A DNA stretch of 64,000 nt. Source: Cetorhinus maximus. Its lineage: Eukaryota. The first letter of the stretch is position 1, and the number at the start of each line of letters is the position of its first letter. Both the position numbers and the translations under genes were made by a program. The stretch lies in contig NC_135896.1 in assembly GCF_964194155.1 (NCBI RefSeq), forward strand, positions 8,432,001 to 8,496,000, read 5' to 3'. This document shows, piece by piece, positions 26,913-39,893 of the stretch. The notes beneath the pieces were generated by a model. It was not told where the DNA came from. It ran no database searches and saw only the letters and a program-made list of their open reading frames with translations.

Positions 26913-28629
26913 TGTTATGTTTTAAATCGTCTCCTTTAATTCAAGGTAGAATGGAGTAGTTTCGAGAGGGGGATGTGACCTCCTATGAAACCTGCCTGGA
27001 AACAAGTCCATGTGACCTCATACTAAATCTGCCCAGAGATAAACCTATGTGACCTGCTTGTTATGGAGACAGAAACTTGAATTGAAACTTATTGAAAGTA
27101 AGATGCAACTTTTAACCTCTGGAAGGCATCTGGCCTTCCTCTCAGACTCAGTTTCGGAGTTGGTCAGGCAGAGAGAATTGGGGAAGAGTCACAACAGTTG
27201 CTCCTATGCCAAGCGGAAGAAGAGGACTGCTTTTGGGTTAATCACCAAGGAGAGTACTGGTTAGAATGGAACCCCTGTCTGACGAAATGAGGCTTGTGAA
27301 GAACTAAAGACTAAGGAATCACCAGAGGGTGCCTTGCTACTGGAAGCCCATTCGATTGTACTCAGAAGATTGAGTGGGGGAACTTTGTTTTAAAAGGACA
27401 CTGGAAGATTCACCTTGGTAGGGCAGGGAGAAGAGATGTTAAAGCTGGGTGGAGCTTTATACACAAGTCTACATTAAATCTGAGAGAGCATATATATAAA
27501 CATGGGGTTTTCAGTTATGTTAAGTATTTGAAGGGGAATGTCTTTTCTGTAGTTTAGCATACGTTATAGCACAGCGGATGGTAAATTTTGAGCTGCTCAA
27601 ATCCCAGAGGGAAACTTGAAACAGCTGCCACAACTGTTTGCAATTTGTACTTTTATTATGAGATGTGTGCCTTGAATTCAGTAGAATTGAGCTCACCAAG
27701 ACTCAGGTTTTTTATAAAACTAAATTAAACATTTATTAATAGAAGAAAAGATTTTAAGCCCATACATAGGTCTACAAATTACTACTATAATAACTCCTAA
27801 ATCTCCTAATTAATCTAGCTCCTAGTAATACCTCAGTTAAGGCAACAGTAAAACAACATAGATTTCAACAGACCCAGGCAAAGCACTCAATACCCTGGAC
27901 AGTGATATTCAAAGTGATTCCTCTTAGCTTCGGCTCCTGTAGACAGCAACTTGGTACATAGAGGCTGGAGGCTTTTCACACGTGTTAGATCTTAGAATTC
28001 TTTCTTTCCTTACACATAACTCATCTCCTTTATATATGTTTCTCCCTTTTTAATGTAAATCCCATTGTTCCAATGTGTCTTTGCAACTTTACTTTTTCCA
28101 TAATAAAAATCTTTCATAGTACTCATATTATCAGTAATCTTTGGGAAAACTAAATTCACTGTTTGGCTTAACTTCTTATGGCTAGGTGTAACATCCCATC
28201 ATCTCTTTGATATTCAAACCACTCTGGTTTATCTAAAAATGCAAATGTTCCTCACACCTCACACCCTAAAGCTTCAGCTATGTTTATGTATTTAGCATTT
28301 CAAACCTAGCTTCTCTTTTGATAGCTCAAAAGCTCCAGACTAGCTGTCTGCAATCCAATTAAAACCCACACATACGCACCTACACACAGAGAAACTAATC
28401 CAAACCCCACTATTAACCTACCTTTACAATAAATCACAACAATATTATAAAAATTATATTTTCATGACATATTAGTGGCCTACTAAGTAATATTTAGCCA
28501 ATGATTTTAGTTTGTCTGTTACAGCAGAAGCCTTAGAATGTGAAACCTTGTTGTGCAATTCTTTGCGTAGGTCACTGGGAAATTCATATCTCTTTTTAAA
28601 AGTTATCAAACTCTACGGGGATTGTAACA
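26913..28629. mobile_element. Solo LTR inserted in a family B tail
   Basis: TGTTATG...TGTAACA termini and TSD gtca/gcca. The host tail reads through on both sides (gctggcaag[gcca]gaatttactgccc). Confidence 0.7.
27654..28469. mobile_element. Probable second solo LTR nested in the first
   Basis: Degenerate inverted termini tattatga...tcatgaca and a compositional shift. TSD is ambiguous. Confidence 0.45.
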
Positions 28630-29394
28630 GCCAGAATTTACTGCCCATCTCTGATTGCCCTTAAGAAGGTGGTGGCTTGCATCTCTGCTGCCCTTGTACT
28701 AGTTACTGCCACAGTGCTGTTAGGAAGAGAGTTCCAGGATTTTGACCCAGCGACAGTGAAGGATAATAGTCCCAAGGCAAGATGGTGTACGACTTGGAGG
28801 AGATCTTGCAGGTAGTGATGTTCCCCTTGCGACCCCTAGCACCTGGAAGGACGTGTTTGGAGGGTGCTGTGCTTTTTGTCCTTATGTTTTGAGTTGCTGA
28901 CTTGAGTAGATAGAGAACCTTTTACCTCTGGTGAGGAAAATCCAAAACTAGAGGGCGCAATCTTACAATTATGAGGCCTTTTAGCATTTTCTCGTGCCAT
29001 TGCTAAGGAAAATCAGGAACTTTCATGCTTGAAAATTTGGATATTGGAGGTCAGTTGGAGCTTTCAAGACCGAGGTTTTTAGATCTTTTATTAGCTAGGG
29101 TATTGAGGGATGTGGAGCTAAGGCAAGTCGGTGAAGTTAATGTACGGATCAGCCATGATCTAATTGAATGGCGGAAGAGACTTGAGAGGTTGAAAGGCCT
29201 TCTCCTATTCCTGTGACATTCTGACGCAGACTGTGAGAAAGCTGAATTCTCACTAACAGAGATACCATAGATGATGGTATATAAGTCAGCCTTTGAAGCC
29301 TTAGAAAATCCCTCCAAAAATGGCGGTCGACATATGCTGAGTATAAAGGTGAACCGCCAGTGTGGGCGATTGCCATTGTGAAATGTCATCAGTC

Positions 29395-32300
29395 TGTTAT
29401 TGTTCGGTTTTCTTGGAAGATGTTGGATGTCTTGCTCTTAGCTAGAGAACTGGCTGGAGGCAAAGATCTTTTTTCAAAGTAACTTATTTACATGTTTAAC
29501 TATGTACAGGATTACAAAGCACTAATCCAGAGCTACTGCTCTTCTCTCAGATTCTCCTCATTCTCTTCTGAGTGACATCATTATTACATAGCTCCACATG
29601 CTCAGTAGCTATTGTTAGAATAGTGTTTGAGTTAACCCTTTACTCTACATCTCCCCCCATGTCTTTATCCCTATGTACTATGCACATGTCCTCCTACAAC
29701 CCCCCCCCCCACCCTGAAGTCTCAACTTTTACAGGGATAATCTTTGTGGTGGTTTTACCAATCTCTGAGCATGTATGGAGTTCTTTTAAGGTTGTTGAGG
29801 ATCTGTTTTTCTCCAAACTGATTCCCTGAGGGTCATCTCTTGTTTCCTCTTTATTGGTTCTGTAGTTGTAGTTTCCTCTTGAGGATGAAGGTATGCAGCC
29901 CATCTGGCTAATGGCTTCTTATTCATCAAAATCAAGGTGCTCCTGTTTCTTTGGATGATGCCGGTTTCTGCCTGGACAAGGTATGACCTGGCTTGTTGCA
30001 ACTTCTTCATTAGAATACATTCTCGCTGCTTTTGAGTATGGGAAGGTCGTGAACCCTGTGTTGTTGATTGAAAGTGTGAGCTTGGTCTGCTCTATAACCT
30101 TGTTCCTCCTGGTGGGCACAGTCATGATCCCTCTACTGTGAATCTTAGTGTTGATGTGTCAGGAAGGGAAGGGAGTTGGATTCTTAGCCTAAGGCCCATC
30201 AAAAGCTTGTATGGGGTGAAGCCATTCTGCAAATGTGTAGAACGGTAGCTGAGCAGGGCTAACTCAAAATCTTTGTTTTTTTCTGATATTGATTTATTGA
30301 TATGTACCCCTCCCTCAGCCTCTCCGTTGGCCTGAGGGTACCTTGGTGAACTTGTGACGTGGACAAATCCATGTGATGCTACAAAGGATTGGAAACAATA
30401 GTTGGCGAATTGTGGCTTATTGTCAGAAACAACAATGTCCAGCATACCGTGTGTGGAAAATATCCCCTTCTGGGGAAAATCCAGAACTTTTCACCTCAAT
30501 CCAGCAGGAATAATAACCCACAATAATGAGAGATACTTTCCCTTTGAATTCAAATAGCCAAGGCGTATCCATGGCCTGGATGGGAAAGAGGTGGCTCTTT
30601 TCGCCCCTGTCTGTGAATGGCGCAAGTGATGCAATTGGAGAGAGACCATGTCTTAGAGAGATCGAGAGATAGCTTACCACCATATGGATTGCTGTGCCTT
30701 GGCCCGACGTTTTGTAATACCAAGATGGCCCTCGTGAAACATCTTGGAGGATTTCCAGGTGGAGAGCTTGAGGGACCGCCAACTGCTCATCATTAACCAA
30801 GAGGTCACCAATGATGCTGATGTGGCAACGTTGTTCTCAGTACTGTGTCAGGATGGGGTCCCTGGAAACATACTGTAACCATCCATCAAGGCAGTCGGTG
30901 CAAATCTGCATACATTCCTCTTATTGCATTTGAGCCTTCTGAAATTCTTGGAACCTCCGCTCTGTTGCTGGCAGATATTGAGTGGTTAAGATCGTGAAGG
31001 CCTTGACGACTTTGGTGAAATTTTTACCATCTTGTTCTTGGTCGTTGACTTCTTCAACTTTAAGGATTAGGTTCAGACCTTTACAGCCTTTCCTGCTTAA
31101 CAAAGAGCATTCCTGGTTCTGAATGCTATATAGTGCCTCAGAGATTTCTTTGTCTTTGTGCCTGAATGTTGCATCAGGCTGACCGTTGACTTTTAACTTG
31201 AGTCCTCCAAGACCTTGGAGTTGGATTGATGAAAGTTGCAGCATAACTTTTTGCAGCCACTTAACTCTACCAGACAAATCTGAGCCTCCAACTCCTGTAT
31301 CCAATTTAAATCAGTATGCTGTCCATTGACTTCAATACAATAGTTACGGAAATTATTATATCTTCCTGACACACCCAATAAACTGAATAGCTTCAACTGG
31401 CTTTTCCCTGGGGATTTCTTGCTCACCCCTTACAAACACTCGGTTCTGCTTTTGCTCTTCGGCCTGTCTAGCCAGCTGTACTCTTTTGCTCAATGTCCAA
31501 TCTTTTTTCAGATTGTAGGAAGTTTGACAGAGTTTCTTCCAAAACACCGACAACTATTCTGTGTCTTATTAAGTCACCTTTTAATGTTCTATACACACAA
31601 TTGTCAGCCAAATGAAGAGACCATTTGTAAATGAATCGATTCCTTCACCTGGTCTTTGATTTTGATGGTTAAATTTTACTCTCCCTATGACGATGTTTGG
31701 ACAAAGGCTAAAATATGAGTTGAAGGCTAAAATATGAGCCAAAGGCTCTAATGACATCCTCATAGGAGGCTGTCTCCTCGTTCACCCCCTGCCTGGCCAG
31801 CACCTTGTCTGCGATGCTACCGACAGTATATAACAAAGTACTAAAGTTCTTGTTAATCTTATTCGCTAGACCGGAAGCATTGAGTTAATGCATGAAATGC
31901 ATTCTCCAGTTGTACCATTGCTCAGCCTGTCTGGGGCCTTCTATGTTCTAGAACGATTCTGGGAGAGGTAGGGTAGAAGTCATTGCTCACCTTGGGTCGA
32001 GGTTCCGTTTCCTGAGCTAATTTCCATGTTAGTCGCTGGGCTGTCCTTGTGGTGTCCCTCTCTGGTCCAATTACAGGGTAGGGCGCGAAGTCCTTCACCT
32101 GCTGCAGGGTTTCCCCTCTCTTTTTCCTGCCATTTATCATTGCTTTTCTGTGGGACTAGTCACTGCTGCCACCATCTGTTATTGTTGGGTTGTCTTGGAA
32201 GGTGTTGGGTGTCTTGCTGTTAGAAGAGATCTGGTTGGAGACAAGGATCCTTTTTCAAAATAACCTTTATTTACATGCTTAACTATCCACAAGATTTCAG

Positions 32301-32419
32301 AGAACTAGGACAGAACTGCTGCTCCTCTCAGATTCTCCTGTTCCAAGTGACATCAGTTTTACATTGCTCCTTACGCACATGCTTAGTAGATATCGTTAGA
32401 GTTAACCCTTTGGTCTACA
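29395..32419 (-). mobile_element. Gypsy (Mag-like) LTR retrotransposon with two LTRs, lacking RT/RNase H
   Basis: LTRs at 29395-29649 and 32177-32419. PPT ggggggaga at 29650-29658 and PBS TGGTGGCAGC (tRNA-Leu-like). Gag (KFNHQNQRPGE), protease (DTG) and integrase (VSDNKPQF...TSSPRYPQANGEAE) remnants. 5-bp atcag repeat on the flanks. Confidence 0.9.
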
Positions 32420-32959
32420 ATCAGCATCCAACAGTGTCTTAACCTCCTGCGCATCTTCACAACACAGCCGTATTGCCTGTTTGATCCCTTGTTCCCAGTT
32501 ATATAGTACCAATAAGTAAAACATGCATTTGTGGGATACAAAAACATGATCTTGGGGCAGAAAAAATAGGATCATCTTGTACGCTGGGTCGACTTATATG
32601 CCGTGATTATGGTAGTTATAAATGCAGGGATTGATTATCATTGATGAAAATAACAAAAATTGCTAAACATACTCAGCAGGCCAGGCAGCACCTGTGAAAC
32701 GGGAAACAGTTAATGGCCTATTATCAGAACTAGATTATCAATGACAGTGCCTTGCAGTCAGGCTCAGTTACTATTCCAAGCAGATATCCCCAGGGATTCT
32801 GAAATAAAAATCAAAGGTGTTGGAAATCCACAGCAGGTCAGTCAGAACCTGAATAAGGAATGATAGCTTAATATTTTGGATGAACTTAGTTTCAGAATGC
32901 ATTTATGTTAAAACATTAAACTGTTCCTCTATCTATCTCTCTCCCTGGTAACAGCCTGA

Positions 32960-33690
32960 AATTTAATCAGTCTCTTCGCTACCTTGATGTCATATTTGGT
33001 GCCTAGATGATCTTGCGCCCATATGTCTGTCTCTCACTAGGATTGCTTATTTCTGCCCCTGTAGCATTAACCACCTCCTTCCTTATCTGAGCTCATCTGC
33101 TGAAATCTTCATCTACGCCTTTATTACCTCTAGACTTGACTATTCCAATGCACTCTTGACCACCCTCCCACATTCTACCCTCCGTAAACTTGAAGTCATC
33201 TAAAACTCTACTGCCTGCCTCCTAACTCGCACCTGTTCACCCACCATCTCCTTGCTCGCAGGCCTACACTGGCTGTTGGTTAAGCAATAGCTCGATTTTA
33301 AAATTCTCATCATTGTTTTCAAATCCCTTTGTGGCCTAGCTCTGCTCTACCTCTATAATCTCTTCCAGCTGCAACCCTTTGAGATACCCGTGTTCATCTA
33401 ATATTGGCCTCTTGAGCATCCCTGATTTTAATTGCTGCAGCATTGGGGCTGTGCCTTCAGCTCTCCTGGTCCTCAGCTCTGGAATTCTCTGTATAAATCT
33501 CTGTGTTTCTACTTTGCTTTTCTTCTTTAAGGTGGTCCTACCCCTGACCAAGCTTTTGATCATCTACCCTAATATTTTCTTGTGACTTGGCGTCAGATTA
33601 AGTTTGATAATACTCCTGTGAAACATTATTTTATGAAGCTGTGAAATTTTGTTACAGTAAAAGATGTTATATAAATACAAATTGTTATCT
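32960..33690 (+). mobile_element. L2 LINE 3' end
   Basis: AF(I)TSRLDYSNALL motif (tttattacctctagacttgactattccaatgcactc) and an L2-type tail. Confidence 0.8.
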
Positions 33691-34789
33691 TTTTTCATTC
33701 AGTTGCTGACTGACTTGCTGCCCATTTCCAGCAATTTTTAAATAATTTTATATGTCCAGCATTTACTCTTTTTTTAGCCCAGGATCAAGGATCACTGACG
33801 ATGCTGGTTAGCAAGGTTATTGAGCCCAGCAGTGCCAAGGAAATGAATAAGCAGTCAAAACTTAATCATTCCTGTTTCTTTAAGTATATCACAGTTCAAT
33901 TACTGTTTTTATTCCACTGATACCAGTCCTAAATCTGTTTGTTTTTGTCTTTACAGCGTAATGCTCAGCATTGGAATCAGTGTCGCAGTTCCTGCGATCG
34001 ATTTCTATTTATTTTTTGTTCTTTGTATTCTTTTTCCAATTTTGCACCATATTGGCTTAAAGAGAACAATATCTTTTTCGTTCAAAACCTTTCCCAGCTC
34101 GTGGGCTGGCACAGTTTTTAATCACGCGGCTTGAGTTCTGCACAAATGTTTTAAGGTTTCAATTTCAGAGTTATGCAGGGTTGTACGTGCATCTGCTTGA
34201 AGCTGTTAATGGGCAATAATTAGCAAAGCTATCAAGAGGTCTGCTGTTTCAGTCTTTCAGTAATTTCCATAAGGGCTGAAATGACCATCTCTTGTTTTTC
34301 TTCAATTATCTGTTGAGTGTTTTGCTTATTGGAAAAATTTAAAACCAGAAATGTTAATGCATCACAGTCCTACAACGACAACTTGTTCCTGTTTAACGTA
34401 ATAAAATATCCCAAGACTCGTCACAGGAGCGCGAGCAAACAAAAATTTGACACCGAGACACATAAGATATTAGGGCAAGTGATCAAAACTTGGTCAAAGG
34501 GGTATGTGTTAAGAAGAGTCTTAAAGGGGAAAAGAGAGGTCAAGAGGCAGAGAGGTTTAGGACCTAGGCAGCTGAAGGCACGGCCACCAATTGTGGAGCA
34601 ATGAAAATTGGGGATGCTCAAGGAATCTGAATTGGAGGTTCCCAGTCCTGTAACAAGATATGTATTTCTTTCAAATCACTGACACTGAAAGCTGATGCAA
34701 TTTTTGGCTGTTTTATGAAGCCAAGACATCTAATCGGTAGGGTAGAAGTTGTAGCCCTGCAATTTATACCTCAGCAGAGATCACCTTGA

Positions 34790-36310
34790 AACCATCTTCA
34801 GCCAGAATTTCAGAGTGGATGATCCACCTTGACCTCTCCCTGAGGTCCCATAAACACATACCAGTCTTCAGCCAATTTAATTCATCACACGTGGTTTAAT
34901 GAAGTGGTTGAGTGCACTGATTACAGCAAATCTATGGACCTGACTACATGCCAGCTATAGAATTGAAAACATGTGCTCCAGAACTAGTTGCGCCCTAGCC
35001 AAACGGTTCCGACATAGCTGCAACGCTGGCATCTACCCGGCAATGTGGAAAATTGGCCAAGTATGTCCTGTACACAAAAAAAATGGACAAATTCAACCTG
35101 GCCAATTACCGCCACATCTGTCTACTCTCAATCATCAGCAGATTGATGGAAGGTGTCATCGACGGTGCTATAAAGCAGCATTTACTTACCAATAACCTGT
35201 TTACCGATTCTCAGTTTAGGTTCCTCCAGGACCACATAGTCCAGACCTCAGTACAGCTTGGTGCAAACATGGACAAAAGAGGTGAGGTGAGAGTGGCTGT
35301 CCTTGACATTAAGGCAGCATTTGATTGACTTTGGCATCAAGGAGCCCTATTAGAATCAGGGGAAAAACTGTCTTCATTGTTTGGAGTCATACCAAGCACG
35401 AAGGAAGATAGTTGTGGTTGTTGGATGCCAATCATCTCAGCTGCATGACATTGTTGTAGGAGGTCTTCAGCGTAGTGTCTTACGCCCAATCGCCATTCCT
35501 CCATCATAAGGTCGTAAGTGGGGATGAGCGCTGATGATTGCACAGTGTTCAGTACCATTTGCGACGACTCAGATACTGAAGCAGTCTATGCTGGTATTCA
35601 GCAAGACCTGGACAGCATTCGGTGGTGCAAAAGGCACTTGTCATTTAAATGTTAGGCAATGACTATCTACAAGAGAGAATCCAACCAACGCCCCATGACA
35701 TTCATTGGCATTACTATTGCTGTATCCCCCACTTATCAACATCCTGGGTGTTACCATTGACTAAAAAAATTAACTGGACCAACCATATAAATGCTATGGC
35801 TACAAGAGCAGGTCAGATGCTGGAAATTCTATGGCGAGTAACTCACCTTCTGACTCCCAAATCCTGAATGCCATCTACAAGGCACAGGTCAGGACTGTGA
35901 TGGTATACTGTCTACTTCCCTGGATAAATGCAGCTTCAACAACACTCAAGAAACTCATAGCTACCCAGGACAAATTAGCCTGCCAGATCGGCACCCCATC
36001 CATCACCTTAGACATTCAATCCCTTCACCAACAATGGCAACAGTGTCCCATCTGCAAGGTTCCTTTTAGAGTAACTTGCAAACCTGTGACTTTTACCACC
36101 TAGAAGAACAAGTGCAGCTGGCACCACTAGAAGACCACTGCCAACAAGTTTTCCTCCAAGCCACACAGCATCCTGACTTGGAAATATATCGCCGTTCCTT
36201 CACTGGGTCAAAATCCTTGAACTCCCTCCCTAACAGCACTGTGGATGTACCTACACCACACAGACTGCACACAAACAGCACAACTAAGATGAACGGACAG
36301 CAATAAATAT
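34790..36310 (+). mobile_element. Family B LINE, 5'-truncated and decayed
   Basis: ORFs containing ANYRHICLLSII, LDIKAAFD and IYKAQVRTVM. Confidence 0.88.
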
Positions 36311-38054
36311 CCTGATCTTTAAAACTAAATTACTCTTGGCAGATAGTGAAGTTGATTTTTCAATAGTTCATTGCACACCAAGTGCAGCTTATGGCACTAT
36401 TTCACTCAGGATCGCCATGGATCTGCATGAACCACAGGCTAAATATAATTTGTTTTGCCAAATCTCTTAGAATATATGCAGATTTTGATCCTCTGATAGT
36501 CCCATCTCCGGGTTACATGATCCACAGGAGGGTGTTGTCCACATGGCTTAATTAACTGGTTAACACTGAATGGAGGCAAAAGCCATCATCTAGCCTTAAT
36601 AAGTAAAAACATTAAAGTACTAGTTTGTGTCAATACATAAAGCTAGGTCTGTTTCAATCTATATTGACTATACCATGCAATTTGCCTGCTTTTTGTTTTT
36701 AGTTAGGGCATTGGATGAAGGATTAGTTAATTACAAATGATAGAAATTGCAGCATAAAGAGCAGTTGGTCACCCCATTGCTGCACTGGAACTATCTATTT
36801 ACCTCTTCCTTGTCTGTACCATCTCTGTTCTTTTCAAATACTCATCCAATCTCCTGTAGCTAATACTGCAAACATTTGTGATAGAGAACTCTTTTTTCTA
36901 ATAACTCTCATGTGGAATGAAAATCTCCTAACTGCCCTTTTCATTCTACTAGTGATATTCCCAAATGTATGTATTTTTGTTACTGATTTGTCAAGCAGCG
37001 GGAATTATCTTTCAATATTTAACCTCTCAAAAGCTTTTATAATTCTGAAAAACTTAAATTTCCTTGTAATCTCTGCTTTAGTGAAAAATGCTCATTTCTT
37101 CCTTTGTAACTATAATCGTTCATACCTGGCATGTTGTAGATAAATAGTAATCAAAAGACATCCCATCACAGAGCTCTGTGGTACATTGGCTAACAACTTT
37201 ATTTATTCCTACTCTAGGATCTGTCTCTTAGCTGTTTCTATAGCCATGCTTTTATATTCACTTTAACACCATGTACCTTAATTTTTGTAATGTCTCTCAT
37301 AATTTCAAACTTCTGCTGAAAATCAATTTACTCAACATTCAACTTTAATAAACTCTGTGATTTCCACAAAAAAATCAATTAAATCAAGCATGCGCTGCCT
37401 CTAACAAATCTGTGCTGACTATCTCGAAGTTAATCCACGATCAAGGTAAGATTGATTAGCCCTTAATTTCCTGCATTCTGCTTTAAAACTTTCTTAAACA
37501 GTAGTGTGATAGTTGAAACACTAATTCCACAAAGAATTATGGAAAATTCCGATTATGCCTTCCCCCTCAGTCCTTTGATACTTATGGACTTACACTATCT
37601 GGGTTTAGTGATTTTAATTCCACTCATTTTTATGAATATTTTCAGTAGTGTCTTTTCCACATCCTCTTCGTGTACTCCTATAGCCACACTTTCATGGTTC
37701 TCTGTGTAAAGAAATGTTGCAAGTTATTTATTAAACTTCTCTGCCATTCTTTAGTCTTGGGCACAAGATGGTCTCCTTTCTCTCTAAGTGGAATTGATGG
37801 TTTGATTTCCCAGAATTGTCAGACTATTTACTCAAAGCAACTAATTTAATTTTCCTAGTTAACATGTTAACACACAAGAGATAGTGTCTACTAGATAGCA
37901 ATATTGTAGTTTGACGCGATGAATATTAAAGATCCTGCAATGAGAGTTTAGTTGCTTGGGCTTAGACTAAAAATTTCATCTTTCCAATAAGTTTGAGGTG
38001 TTAGTCCACACTTAATACAAGTTTTTGCATCCGTCTTCCAATCGTTTATTTAGC

Positions 38055-38420
38055 GTCAGTTTGATTCAGTAGTGATGCTCTTACCTCTGAAGGAGAACCG
38101 AGGGAGTGTTGCATTGTTGCAAGTGTTATCTTTTGATGAGAAGTTAAATTGAGGCCCTATCTATCTGTTGAGGTGGATGCAAAGAACCCCATGGCACCAT
38201 TTGACGAAGAGCAGGGGAATTCTCCCAGTGTGCTGGCCAACACTTATCCTTCCACTCACACCTCTCAGAACAGATTAACTGCCCATTTATCTAATTTTTT
38301 TGTTGTGAACAGATTAGCTGCTTTGCTAGCCCAAATAACAATAGCGGGTGCATATCAAAAAACATGTAATTAGCTGTGAGGAGCATGGACATATCCTGAG
38401 GATGTTGAGGTGCAATTGAT
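38055..38420 (+). mobile_element. Deu-domain SINE
   Basis: cccatggcaccatttgacgaagagcaggggaattctcccagtgtgctggccaa. Confidence 0.75.
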
Positions 38421-39648
38421 TTCTTTGTATATCTCCATGTTCCTGATGCATTGATCCATTTTGGCATCTTTCTTGTTCTTAGCTCCTCATTTGTGCCATA
38501 TTGACAAACTTTTTTCCCATTGTGGAATTTCTTTCCCCTCCAGCTGAAGCTTAATTAGCAACTTTGAAAATTTAAAAACTCACTTTCAGCTGTATAAAGT
38601 TTAACCTTTTTTTTTGCAATTGTCTAAATACCAGAACTATCTTTTGTCACTTGCAACAGAAATGTGTCTTGTTCACAGTGGCAATCTACCCACTGTGAAA
38701 TGATTGTAGAGGAAGTCCTTTCCTCCCACCCACCATGCTCTTTCCCACCATCCCCACACACATTAACAACCATCAGACTAAAACTTCCATTTTTGCATAT
38801 ATTAAAATCCAAATTTTTGTTTGAATTCCCCTTTTTCTTTAAATGCACTGTTGTTTTCTTGGGCCATTGCAATCCTTAGCTGGAAACAGAAACATGTCTT
38901 CTGAAGTTTGCAAAGAAAATGACCTGGAAGATCATTGCAGCTTATTGCTGGCAAGAAAATAAAGTAATATGGTTCTCATTATGCATTCCTTCTATTTGCT
39001 GCTGTAATGCTTGGTCTGAGATCATATCATTTCTTGTGTGCTTGACATCCACATAACTTGTTGTAGATTTCCTTAATTCTTGTGAATTTATGCCCTTTGG
39101 GTGTCGATCTAGCGCTATAAACAAAGGCATAGAGTGCAAAGGCAAGGAAGTTATTCTAAATCTTTATAAATCACTTAGCTGGATTGTGTTGTCCAGAAGT
39201 GGACACATTACTTTAGGAAGTATGGCAAGGTTTTAGGGAGAGCCTGTGAGAAGATTTACTAGAATGATAGCAAGGATGAGGGACTTTAATTATGAGAAAA
39301 GACTGGAAAAAACTTGGATTGTTCAGCTTAGTATTGAGACTGTCAAATCTTAGATTTAATAGATATGTTCAAAATCATAAAGGGTTTTGATGGAGTAAAT
39401 ATGGAGAAACTGTTTCCACTGGCAGGAAGGGCTGGCAACCAGAGTACACAGGTTTTAAGGTAATTGGCAAAACAGCCGGGGGGAGATGACAAATTATTTT
39501 ACGCAGCAAGTTATGATCTGGAATGCACTGTCTGAAAGGATGATGGAAGCAGATTCAATAGTATCTTTCTCAAGGGAATGGATGAATGCTTGAAGAGGAA
39601 ACATTTACAGGGCTATGGCAATTGGGACTAAGAGCTGGCATAGGCATA

Positions 39649-39893
39649 AAAACAAAAAACTACTGCGGATGCTGGAAATCCAAAACAAAAACAGAATTAC
39701 CTGGAAAAACTCAGCAGGTCTGGCAGCATCGGTGGAGAAGAAAAGAGTCGACGTTTCGAGTCCACATGACCCTTCAACAGAACTGAGTATATATACTCTG
39801 TTGAAGGGTCATGTGGACTCGAAACGTCGACTCTTTTCTTCTCCACCGATGCTGCCAGACCTGCTGAGTTTTTTCAGGAATTTCTGTTTTTGT
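39649..39893. mobile_element. Young non-autonomous Penelope-type palindromic element
   Basis: Near-perfect ~96-bp inverted arms (39685-39780 / 39798-39893) and an exact 15-bp TSD GCTGGCATAGGCATA (39634-39648 / 39894-39908). Confidence 0.85.
39746..39784 (-). ncRNA. Putative minimal type I hammerhead ribozyme (A6U variant)
   Basis: AGUU-CUGUUGA-A-GGGUC(AUGUG)GACUC-GAAAC-GUC-GACU gives stem I, core, stem II, a palindromic ACGU stem III and a GUC cleavage triplet. Confidence 0.6.
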
